Shown here piece after piece: positions 12,116 through 23,199 of a stretch of 64,000 bases of DNA. The DNA is from Squalus acanthias (Eukaryota). The stretch is from positions 25,608,001 through 25,672,000 of the forward strand of contig CM059433.1 in the NCBI GenBank assembly GCA_030390025.1. The letters run 5' to 3'. The position numbers were made by a program, and so were the translations under genes. The notes under the pieces are model-generated. The model was not told the origin of the DNA, searched no databases, and worked only from the letters and a program-made list of their open reading frames with translations. Each line of letters opens with the position of its first letter. Positions within the stretch are counted from its first letter, which is position 1.

Positions 12116-12121
<6 letters not shown>
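10546..12121 (-). mobile_element. 5'-truncated L2 LINE (RT to 3' end), unit 1
   Basis: Motifs AAFDKIDHSILL, GVAQGSILGPLLF, LIHFFVTSRLDYSN and ITPVLAELHWLP; short (TTG)n-like tail; frameshifted. Confidence 0.9.
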
Positions 12122-12153
<32 letters not shown>

Positions 12154-12610
12154 GGGTGAGGGTATGTGTGCGTGTGTGTGTGTGCGCGTGAGGGTGTGTG
12201 TGTGTGAGAGGCTGAGGGTGTGTGAGGTTGTGTGTGTGAGGGTGAGGTTGTGTGTGTGTGTGTGTGAGAGGCTGAGGGTGTGTGAGGTTGTGTGTGTGCG
12301 TGTGAGGGTTTGTGTGTGTGTCTGTGTGTGAGAGTGAGGTTGTGCGTGTGTGTGTGTGTGAGAGGGTGAGGGGGTGTGAGGATGTGTGTGTGCGTGTGAG
12401 GGTGAGGGTGTGTGTCTGTGTGTGAGGGTGAGGTTGTGTGTGTGTGTGTGTGTGTGTGAGATGGTGAGGGGGTGTGAGGATCTGTGTGTGCGTGTGAGGG
12501 TGTGTGTGTGTCAGTGTGCGAGGGTGAGGTTGTGTGTTTGTGTGAGAGAGCTGAGGGGGTGTGAGGTTGTATGTGTGTGTGTACGTGTGAGGGTGTGTGT
12601 GTGAGTACGT
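12121..12610. repeat. Compound (TG)n microsatellite with interspersed gagggt/gaggtt (also 22795-23120, 31546-31655, 38926-39240, 47670-47897, 56333-56470; simple tracts at 2856-2892 and 3775-3836)
   Basis: Directly visible. Length varies from about 110 to 490 bp among units. Confidence 0.95.
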
Positions 12611-12684
12611 TTACCCACCCCCAGTCACACAGCAGCGGGACCTGCAATGATTGAAGATCGACCGATAGTTGCAACAACAGGAAA

Positions 12685-12690
12685 TTTATT
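12685..12690 (-). terminator. Candidate AATAAA polyadenylation signal of the MROH1-like unit (also 3906, 31738, 39319, 47978, 56551; mutated in U3)
   Basis: tttatt on + lies just beyond the end of MROH1 homology and is followed on the minus strand by U/GU-rich tttcctgttgttgc. Confidence 0.5.
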
Positions 12691-13710
12691 TACAATTCAT
12701 AAATTTACAAATTTACAAGTCATGTTGAAAAATTGATAAGTTTGATGCTAAGAAGAGGAGGTGGAGAACGATCAGGGCCTATGTGTTTAGGCTTCATTCT
12801 GATGCCGACAGCAGCAGTTCCTTCGGCAGCTGTTCCGCCAGGTGAGCCTCTGGGCAGGTCAGACACGTTCTGACTGTTGGAGAAGTAAAGTTGAAAAGGC
12901 CGCTGCATGTGCTCGGAGCTGCTCCTGGGGGTTGTGGAAGAAGGACTCGCAATCCATGGCGTAGGAAGTGATCCTGTTGGGGAAATCTTGAACCAACTGT
13001 CATGAAAGGTCCTTTAAGCGGTCCATGTAGTTCCCGTTGGGCTCCCCTAGATGGTTCTTGATTAATGAGGAAGCCTCGGCCGATCCAATGAGGGGGACAA
13101 CCAGTTGCAGTGTTGAACTACAAGACCTGGTGACCTCCTCACTCGTTCCGTCCAGGTGCAACAACAAACGCACAAGGTTGGAATGGATCTGTCAGTAGGA
13201 GGAGGATCTGGAACCTCCGATTCCACATTTGGTCAAGTTCCCCAACATGCTGAACGGTTCAGCCCGCACTTGATCACACTCGCCGTAGAAGAGTGGTTGA
13301 ATGCTGGCGAGGATTTTCTTCACAAAGGGTTGGATGGCACTTGCTCTCTATTTAATGATGTTCTTCGACAGGCACGACAGCACCTCAAATGTTAGCACTT
13401 CCTCTTGGTTCTCCTTGGTCCCCAACAGACTAAGCATTGTGCTCATCACTTGAGGAGACCAGTAATGGGCTTCAATTGAAATGTTGCCAAGGTCCCTGAC
13501 ACACAGCAACTGGGCAACTGGACAAGCCTCACGCAAACACCTTAGCAATGTGCTCACCAGAGTGTCTGTGAGCTGCAACCGTGAAACCAGTGGAGATTTT
13601 AACAACTCTCCAAAGAAGGAAGCCACGGTGACTGCCGAACAGTTTTGGATGGTATGGATCTGAGCTGCCAGCTCTTCCACAATGCCAGGGAGGCTGATGC
13701 CAACATATTG

Positions 13711-15359
13711 AACATTAGTGAACCAGATGGGTGACCACCGCACAGTCATTGTGGGACGAAGTCCCGTATTCACACTGAGGACACATTCCATCGTGCTGTG
13801 TGGCCCTACCACCGTGCTAAATGGGATAGATTCAGAACAGATCTAGCAGCTGAAAACTGGGCATCCGTGAGGTGCTGTGGGCCATCAGCAGCAGTAGAAT
13901 TGTATTCCATCACAATCTGTAACCTCATGGCCCGGCATATCCCTCACTCTACCATTACCCTCAAGCCAGGAGACCAACCCTGGTTCAATAAGGAGTGTAG
14001 AAGAGCATGCCAGAAGCACCACCAGGCGTACCTAAAAATGAGGTGCCAACCTGGAGAAGCTGCAACACAGGGCTACATGCATGCTAAAAAGCGGAAGCAG
14101 CATGCTGTAGACAACGATCCCACAATCAACGGATCAGATCAAAGCTCTGCAGTCCTGCCACATCCAGTCATGAATGGTGGTGGACCATTAATAACTAACG
14201 GGAGGAGGAGGCTCCATGAATATCCCCATCCTCAATGATGGTGGAGCCCAAAACGTGAGTGCAAAAGACAAGGCTGAAGCGTTTACAACCATCTTCAGCC
14301 AGAAGTGCCGAGTGGATGATTCATATCGGCCTGCTTCTGAGGTCCTCCCCATCACAAAAGCCAGTCTTCAGCCAATTCGATTCACTCCACGTGATAACAA
14401 GAAATGGCTGAGCACACTGGATACAGCAAAGACTATGGGCCCCGACAACATTCCAGCTATCGTGCTGAAGACTTGTGCTCCAGAACAAGCCGCGCCTCTA
14501 GCCAAGCTGTTCCAGTACAGCTACAATACTAGCATCCAGCCGACAATGTGGAAAACTGCCCAGGTATGTCCTGTCCACAAAAAGATGGACAAATCCAATC
14601 CGGCCAATTATCGCCCCATCAGTCTACTCTCAATCATCAGCAAATAGATGGAAGGTGTCATCGACAGTGCGATCAAGCGGCAATTACTCACCAATAACCT
14701 GCTCACTGATGCCCAGTTTGGGTTCTGCAAGACCACTTGGCTCCCGACCTCATTATTGTATTGGTCCAAACATGGACAAAGGAGCTGAATTCCAGAGGTG
14801 AGGTGAGAGTTACCACCCTTGACATCAAGGCAGCATTTGACTGAGTGTGGCATCAAGGAGCCCTAGTAAAACTGAAGTCAATGGGAATCGGGGGGAAAAC
14901 TCTCCACTGGTTGAAGTCTTACCTAGCACAAAGGAAGATGGTTGTGGTGATTGAAGGTCAATCATCACAGCCCCAGGACATCGCTGCAGGAGTTCCTCAG
15001 GGCAGTGTCCTAGGCTCAACCATCTTCAGCTGCTTCATCAATGACCTTCCCTCCAACATAAGGTCAGAAATGGGGATGTTCGCTGATGACTGCACAATGA
15101 TCAGTGCCATTCACTACTCCTCAGATAATGAAGCAGTCCAAGCCCGCATGCAACAAGACCTGGACGACACACCATCCTGACTTGGAATTATATCGCCAAT
15201 CCTTCCCAACAGCACTGTGGGAGTACCTTCACCACACGGACTGCAGCGGTTCAAGAAGGCAGCTCACCACCACCTTCTCAAGGGCAATTAGGGATGGACA
15301 ATAAATACTGGCCTTGCCAGTGACACCCACATCCCATAAATGAATTAAAAGTTTAAAAA
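13711..15359 (+). mobile_element. 5'-truncated CR1/L2-group LINE, type A (about 0.6-kb internal deletion), unit 2
   Basis: Motifs PWFNKECRRA, MGPDNIPAIVLK, NYRPISLLSIISK, GVPQGSVLG and FADD; 3' tail gccagtgacacccacatcccataaatgaat. Confidence 0.9.
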
Positions 15360-18300
15360 TTACACCATCGCTCTGGCCAGCAATTCAACCCCCTTGTCAA
15401 ATATGCGGAGGTTCTTCATCTGGTCCCATCCTCCACTGTTCACCATGTAAGTAGCTACTTCTTTATTATTTGTCCAAGCTAGCGGCTCCTTTAGTGTCCT
15501 CACACGGTTCACACACACATCTCTACATTTAGGTGTTTGAAGCTCAGCTGAGAATTGTCTCTTGTTCGATTTATCATCAGGAGCAAAACCATTGAGCAGA
15601 GAAACATTAACGCAAGAGTTGCAATGAATGAGCAGGGCGCGGAATAACTGCGGGATTAATGTAATCATCACCTTTACCGACTCGGACTTAGTTATCATCT
15701 GCCACAGCCCACAAACGGCAGCCAGGGATTCAAGGTTGAAAACTGTGGCGCTTTCTCACTGACAGGTTCTGCTCATTGCAAATGGTAACTGCTTTTTCAG
15801 TGTGTCCAGTAGCTCTCCCATTCTACTCATGGCACATTCTGTGTCCTCAGCCAGTGATCTCCACATGTCACTGACGTACTTGTCCAAAGGGACAGGGTAG
15901 TTGAGGAGACAGGCACAACAGTTGCTGTGTTGTGTGAGCCAGAATGGCGATACTACACAGAGCTGAAAGTTTCACCTGCTCAAAAGGAATTGACTGCAAT
16001 TGAAGCCTCAGCACGTCAATGATCTCCGAGGACTGGTCCCCAAGTTCAATGCCTCGTCTATTAACGGTGGTTTGCATGAGAACAGCGGCTGCATTGGAAC
16101 AGCTGGGCTGTTGGTCGGACAGTCCTTTGAAGACCATGAAGAGTAAGTTGCCCAGTTGGTCATGTGGCAAACATTTGGAAATGACCTCTGTGATTTGAGA
16201 GCATGATTGAAAGAGGACTGAAGTGTCAGGGTTAACTAACTGTTCTCTGACTCTTTTCAGTCCCTCTAACTGCTCCGTTTGCTGAACCAGATTGGTGCCT
16301 TCACACGACAAATGAATGGCCAGGATTATGTACAAAGTGTCCAGGGACATCTGTCAAACGGGAAGCGATGGGTCTGCACAACACGGCATCAGTCATCCAA
16401 TCAGAGTCCCCGTGTTAATTTCAGGCGCTACATTACTAAGATTGAGCTTCCTCCAGTAAAGTTTCAGAAGCTCTAAGGTCGTTTCCATGGCTCTCTCTCG
16501 TTCATAGTCTTTCGTTGAACTGATCCGGGCTTCTACATGATTGAAAATGGCCTCAAGTCCTTGAGGGGACAGGTCCTGAAATAATATTTCCTTCAGAAGA
16601 TTTTGCAGCAAATCTGTGATTTGGGTATAAAGTGTCGCCCATTCCTTTGTATTATCATTTGTGTCCAGGTCATTGTTCAGTTCTTGAGGTACCAAGCCAA
16701 AAGTACTGGTCAGGCAGCTTTGAATCAATTGGCAGGTGTCAGCTTGGTTTGTTTCAATGTGTGGTTGCACGAGATGCGTGTAGGCGTTCATGACTACCTA
16801 TCGAACAGGGCTCTGGAGCAGCTCTGGTGGCTTGGCCTCGATAAGATCCTGCATGTATGTTAGCAGCACCTTGTTTCTGATAAATTGATGGGAATTTTCC
16901 GGAGATTTAAATATAGGGATCTGGCTATCTGTGTCACGGTCTGTATTAGGCTGAGCTTTAGTGTGAGATCCCTGGATTCAGCCTTTATCCCCTGCCTACT
17001 TGTAATTAAATGACTAACAGCTTTAAATGTAGCTCTTGATGTTGAACAGCAGTTCCTCAGGTGCACAGACTGCCATGTCCCCTTCACACAGAACTAGTGT
17101 GCTCTTCACTTTATCCGATTCCTCCTTGAGCCTAAATCTGTTGGAGTTAGCAAACTCCTCCAGGCTACTGAGCGTATGATCAAAATGTGCCTTGGCACAG
17201 AATCCAATGATGAGGGCTGCTCACTCTCTCTCCGCACTCTCACTGTGCTGCACACTCAGTAGCATTTGGTGAAGCTCCTCCTTTACGTTCTTAGTGTGGG
17301 TCTGGCGGAGCACTGACGCAAGAGATTAATACAGAAAGCCCTTCTCTTGTGGGGAATGATGGTTAGTGTTGATCTGTTTTGATATTTCATTCGCAAGCTG
17401 ACATGTCCATTCCTCGTCATCAATCGTATTTAAAGCTAGGCACAAGACCGCCAATAATTTATTCTCCCATTTTGATTGGGTCAGAGACTCCTCTGAATTT
17501 TCCAGTAAATGGTCAACTAATGGTGCAAGCTCCTCTTCCCACCACCTCAATGATTCTGGGAGGATATTGAGACTCAGGACTTTCAGCACACTCAGTGCTG
17601 CAGCTCCTCGGCCTCCTCCGTGATACAGGCAACAAGTCACAATGAGGAACCGGGTTAGCAGTGCCTGGGCTTTAGGGAGATTGGCATCTTCATTGTAAGT
17701 AAGGGAAAAACCTTCACTACCGGCTCGCAGTTTCTTTTTCCCAATATGTGCTGAATAACTGCAGATTATTGTTAAAGCCTTGGTGTACTGGGTCATAGTG
17801 ACAAACTCCAGTCAGGATGGTCAAAGGACATCCTTCATCTTCACTGCAGTTGTGATCAAACACATCACTCTTTCACATAGTATGACTAATTCTTCATCTG
17901 TTACTGGGTCTGGCTGATGATTGGGTGGTATCAGGGTCCCTGAATCAACTGGTACAGCACACTGTTGGATGAGGAATTACACCTTTGCCTTTCCTCCCTC
18001 TGGCTCAATGTAACCTTGCTGGGCCATGACACATATTACCTGGGCAATTAGCTTCTTCTCATGATTGCTGTTCTTGTCTCGAAGTACTGGTTTTATTGCA
18101 GCCACAACCTGACCCTTCTTCCTATCCAAGTGTGATGAAGTGATGAAGTGCTTTCGTACAGTGAGTGACCCTACTCTCATTTGTTGGTCAGCGTTCTCTA
18201 ACTGAGATAAGAAAAATTCCACCATTTTGTCTGCATAAGCTGGGGCCAGAACTCTGAAACAGCGAAGGATCTCAGTCTGGTTCTTCACAGCAAGATCATC

Positions 18301-19491
18301 AGTAGACTCCAGCGAAACACAAATCTGCTGGTGGAGCTTGTTAAGCAGGAAGTCCATTTGTGTTTTTAGCCCGATACACTTTATCTCTGTCACAACATCC
18401 ATCTCATGCAGAAATGCACAGTTTGTACCACTTTGCTGTATTTTGTCCACCCCTGGGTTTCTGTGTTGTCATGGTTTTCATTGTGAGGCAGGGTTAAATA
18501 ACCCCTCAGTTGTGATGAGGTCATGGGTCATGTGCCCATATAAGTCCTGCCAGATGTTTGTGGCAGTTTAAGGTGGGTGGTGGGGGTTAAGGCCCAGACC
18601 TGAGATACAGACCATACGGACAAGGCAACATTCGCAACCTATAGCAGCCATATTGGATTGAGCAGCTGTTTGTTCCTAATAAAGAACCCACAGCACCATA
18701 GACACTCAGAGTACTTGTGACAAAAGATGTAGAAATGGGAGTGTAGGACAGACCTTTCCAGCAGAATTGCCCCAAATTGGGATGTTCATTGTCAGGGATT
18801 GAAGCTGCTTAATGATGTCATCAGGAAGTTGCTGTGACATCAGAGCGGCCCGTTATGACATCAGAGCGGTCCATTGTGACGTTTGTTCCACTCGTCTCTC
18901 CTTTAAATCCTTGTTGTCTATTGCCTACCACCCCAGATTTCTCACCAACAAATCCTCCCTGTTTTCCTCCTTCAGCCTCTGCACTCAGTGACTCCTCATC
19001 CTCGGTCATTTCAATCTCCATCTCAACTCCCCTTATCCTTTCTCCTCCGATGTTACTGCCCTCCTGTTTTCCCTTAAACAATCCTACCCATCACGTCCAC
19101 CCCTCTACTTTGCCATCTCTCCTGGCCTCACTACTTGCATGGTCTCAATCACTGACAAGGCCATGTCTGACCATTGATTTTATCACCCGTAACCCCCCCA
19201 TCACCTTCCAACCTTATTTTCATCTGCGTCCACACCTGCAAAAAATCCTCTAACAGGAAGATACGTACATTAGGAACAGAAGGAGGCCATTCAGCCCCTT
19301 GGGTTTGCTCCGCCATTCAATTAGATCATGGCCGATCTGTACCTCAACTCCATTTACCCAACTTTACTCGATATGCCTTCATAACCTTCCCTAAGAAAAA
19401 GCTATCAATCTGATTTCACTGATCAATGATTCATGTCACACCATTATGTAGCACCTATTCAGATAGAGGTCTGTACCTCTCGACTCGCTCA

Positions 19492-22400
19492 GCAACAACA
19501 ACCAGTAATATTAATATAGCGACTTTAAAGTAGTAAAATGTCCCAAAGTGCTTCACAGGAGTTTTATTACACAATATTTGACACCGAGGCACATAGGGTG
19601 AAATTAGGGTGAAATTAGGGCAGATGACCAAAAGCTTCGTCAAAGAGGTAGGTTTTAAAGAGCGTCTTAATGGAAGAAAGAGATGTAGAGAGGTGGAGAG
19701 GTTTAGGCAGGGAATTCCAGAGCTTGGGGCCTGGGCAGCTGAAGGCATAGCCACCAATGGTTGAGCTATTAAATTTAGGGATGCTCTAGAATCCAGATTT
19801 AGGGGAGTGCAGATATCTCGGGGTGGAGGGGGGGGTGCGGGGTGATTGTGGGGCTGGAGGAGATTACAGAGATAGGGAAGGGTGAGGCCATCGAGGGATT
19901 TGAAAACGAGGAGAATTTTAAAATCAAGGCATTGATTAACCGGGAGCCAATGCAGTTCAGCGAGCACAGGGGTGATGGGTGAATGGGACTTGGTGCGAGT
20001 TAGGACACAGGCAGCTGAGTTTTGGATGACCTCACGTTTACATAGGGTAGAACGTTGGAGGCTAGCCATGAGTGCATTGGAATAGTCAAGTCTTGAGGTA
20101 ACAAAAAAATGGATGAGGATTTCAGCAACAGATGAGCTGAGGCAGGGGTAGAGTTGGGCGATGTTTCGAAGGTGGAAATAGTGTAAGGGATTCCTGACCC
20201 TGCGTGTCTCGCAGCCTGTGAGATTCACGCGGCTCTGTGCAGCCTGTATGTCAGTGCGGGTCTAGGCCTGGTTGCCTGTTCTGGTCTCCAGCCAGTCTGG
20301 GAACACTAGACACACCTGTGAGTGGTTCGAATCACTCTCCCTTACGGTTCTAGACACTGGACTTAGATGCGAGAGCAGTAATGGAGATAAAACTCATGTA
20401 GACTTGGTTTGAATGGTACGAAATGGAAAATCTTTATTGCATGATACTTAAGATTATGAAATACATGTCATAAGCACAGATTAATGACAGTACAATCTTA
20501 CAAACAGTTATATAGTCGATCTTAGGGAAACGAGGAACGAACGGCACAAAGTAAATAGGGGCACACATTACAAATATCCTTAATCCTTAAACCCTCCCCT
20601 ATCAATATCTATCCTAAACTAGCTTCGTAGGATCTCGAGACTCATGCTCACCACTCGTGATAACTCGGAGAAATTCCGAATAGCTGATCGGATGTTTTTC
20701 ACCGCAGCACCCACGTGTCGGTCAGGAGATCTCCTGGTCCCACTTGTTTACTTGCTTCTGCTGCTCCGGCTAGTAGGCTGGACCGTCTGCTGTGATGAAG
20801 ATCTCTGTTGGTTGGTTTCACGTACCAGTCAACACTTAAGAGAATAATCTCTCGGTGTCCGTCATGAGGATCTGCCCTGATGGGTTTCACAGATCAGTCA
20901 ATATCTCAAAGGAGAATCTTCCGGGGTCCGTTCTTTAAAGTTCAAAGAAGTCTTCCTGGCAAGGAGAAACTTGGCTGATCGACCTACAGGCGCGGTCGGG
21001 ATTTACTGACCGTGGCGATGGATATGGTCTTCCTCTCTTCTCCTCTCATCTCATCTCATCTCATCTCATCTCGGGCCTTCGGTTCCGCTGCCAGTTACCA
21101 ACATAGGTCTTCGTTACGCGACACGAGGTAGATCCGAACGGATCAGAAAGTTCAACAGTCTTTTCAGAAGAGGCAACAGGCAAGCAGAAGCCCAACTACG
21201 AGTACACAGGAGCAGCCACGAGGTTACGAATCGACCGGATAAAAAAACACAGGAGCAAGCGAGCGAATGCAAGAGCAAGAGAGAGAATGGACGGTTTGGA
21301 GCCTGCAATTATAGTGCAAAAATCTTCCGTTTCCCGCCCAACTATAATGTCCATTCTTTTGTTTAGGGTTTGGCGCCCAAATGTCTTGTATGGGTGATCT
21401 CCGTTCTTAATGGGTTTCGGGGCTACTCATAAATGTCTGAGTGCCTGTTAATATTTCTCCCATTGTTAAATCGGTCGGTGTTCTCCCTGGAGGGGTTTGG
21501 GGCTTCCAAGTGTCCTGTATAACTACCTGCTAACGGCTCTCTCATCGTAGAGTCGTTGGGATTTACATATTAATGTCTTTTGGATGGGCCCTTGATTACT
21601 CGGTACAATGGCTTTCCTTTGTACCTGGGAGACCGATTCCAGTATCTATGTTTATACTGCAAACCCATAATGTCTCGTGTATTATCTTCACTGTGCTAAA
21701 TCGTTATCGATCTTGCACAAATGTTTATTGGAACGCCATCTTGTCTGCCTGTTGAAAAGTCTAGAATGTTCTGTCACGAGGTGCGGCGGCCATTTTACAG
21801 GCTGCTTGTGTCCAATTTAAACCTGCCAGCATTCTGCTGAAATAAAAGCTGTTTGAACGAAACTTTGTGTTTTCTCCTCATTAATCAAATCGCGATATAT
21901 TGCGAATTCTACAATAGGCGGTCTGAGTGAAAGCGCGGAAATGTGGCCGAAAGCTCATTTCTGGGTCCAATATGGCACCAAGGTTGCGAAGAGTCTGGAT
22001 CAGCCTCAGACAGATGCTATGGAGAGGGATGGAGTCAATGGCTAAGGAACGGAGTTTGTGGTGGGATCTGAAGACAATGGCTTTGGTCTTCCCAATATTT
22101 AGTTGGAGGAAATTTCTGCTCATCCAGCACTGGATGCAGTCTGACAATTTAGAGACTGTGGAGGGGTCGAGAGAAGTGGTGGTGAGGTAGAGCTGGGTGA
22201 CATCAGCTTACATGTGGAAACTGAAGCTGTGTTTTCAGATGATGTCGCCGAGGGGCAACATGTCGATGAGAAATAGGAGGGGCCCCAGGATAGATCCCTG
22301 GGCGACACCAGAGGTAACGATGTGGGAGTGGGAAGAGAAGCCGTTGTAGGTGATTCTCTGGCTACGATTAGATAGATAAGAATGGAACCAGGCGAGTGCA

Positions 22401-22795
22401 GTCCCACCCAGCTGTACGACGGTGGAGAGGCATTGGAGGAGGATGGAGTGGTCAACCATGTCAAAGGCTGCAGACAAGTCAAGAAGAACAAGGAGGGATA
22501 GTTTACCTTTGTCACAGTCACATAGGATATCATTTGTGACTTTGATAACAGCCGTTTCAATAATGTGGAAGGGGCGGAAACCTGATCCAACAGGGAGTTC
22601 CGATAAAGATGGGCACGGATTGGGGAGGCGACAACACGTTCAACGAATTTGGAGAGGATAAAGGAGGTTGAGATGGGATGGTACTAGGCAAGGACTGAGG
22701 GGACAAGGGTTGGATTTTGAGGAAATGGATGATGACAGCAGATTTGAAAGAGAGAACCATTAACAATATTAGCTAACATGGGAGCCAGAAGAGGG
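19492..22795 (-). mobile_element. 5'-truncated L2 LINE, unit 2 (interrupted by solo LTR)
   Basis: Same L2 motifs as unit 1. The sequence resumes exactly after the LTR target duplication. Confidence 0.9.
20182..21913 (-). mobile_element. Long solo LTR (1732 bp), family 1
   Basis: TGTA...TACA termini and 4-bp TSD atag (20178-20181, 21914-21917); the empty site ggaaataggcgg is present in other units. Minus-strand TATAA near 21309-21313 and AATAAA at 20433-20438. No coding homology recognised. Confidence 0.82.
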
Positions 22796-23199
22796 TGTGT
22801 GTGTGTGTGTGTGTGTTGGGGTGAGGGTATGTGTGTGTGCGCGTGATGGTGTGTGTGTGTGAGAGGCTGAGGGTGTGTGAGGTTGTGTGTGTGTGTGTGA
22901 GAGGGTGTGTGTGTGTGTCTGTGTGCAAGGGTGAGGTTGTGTGTGTGTGTGTGTGTGTGTGTGTGAGAGGCAGAGCGGGTGTGAGGATGTGCGTGTGCGT
23001 GTGAAGGTGTGTGTGTGTCTGTGTGCGAGGGTGAGGTTGTGTGTGTGTGTGTGTGTGAGAGGCTGAGGGGGTGTGAGGTTGTATGTGTGTGTGTACGTGT
23101 GAGGGTGTGTGTGTGAGTACTTTACCAACCCCCAGTCACACACGAGCGGTACCTGCACTGTTTGAAGATCGACCGACAGTTGCAACAACAGGAAATCTA

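Larger units (their letters stand above)
12685..18560 (-). pseudogene. MROH1: Intronless MROH1-like pseudogene, unit 2 (split by LINE at 13711-15359)
   Basis: ORFs 17977-18450, 17326-17796, 16393-16791, 15868-16350, 15360-15698 and 13348-13710 are colinear with MROH1. ...ELLARAMV joins QYVGISLPGIV across the LINE (compare MROH1 RLARAMAEHAGPRLP, recalled). Confidence 0.9.

Noticed and set aside
12096..12677. His/Thr-rich and Val/Cys-rich ORFs (also 22769-23215, 38771-39307, 47514-47966, 56177-56539)
   Set aside because: Translations of (TG)n/(CA)n microsatellite.
13156..13395. Recurrent plus-strand ORFs antisense to the pseudogene (79 aa, 65 aa and similar)
   Set aside because: Shadow ORFs of the decayed MROH1 frame with non-ATG starts and no homology recognised.
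21371..21380. tggcgcccaa resembling a tRNA-Lys primer-binding site
   Set aside because: Only about 10 nt match, it does not follow a CA LTR end, and it lies inside the putative U3. More likely chance or an E2F-like motif.
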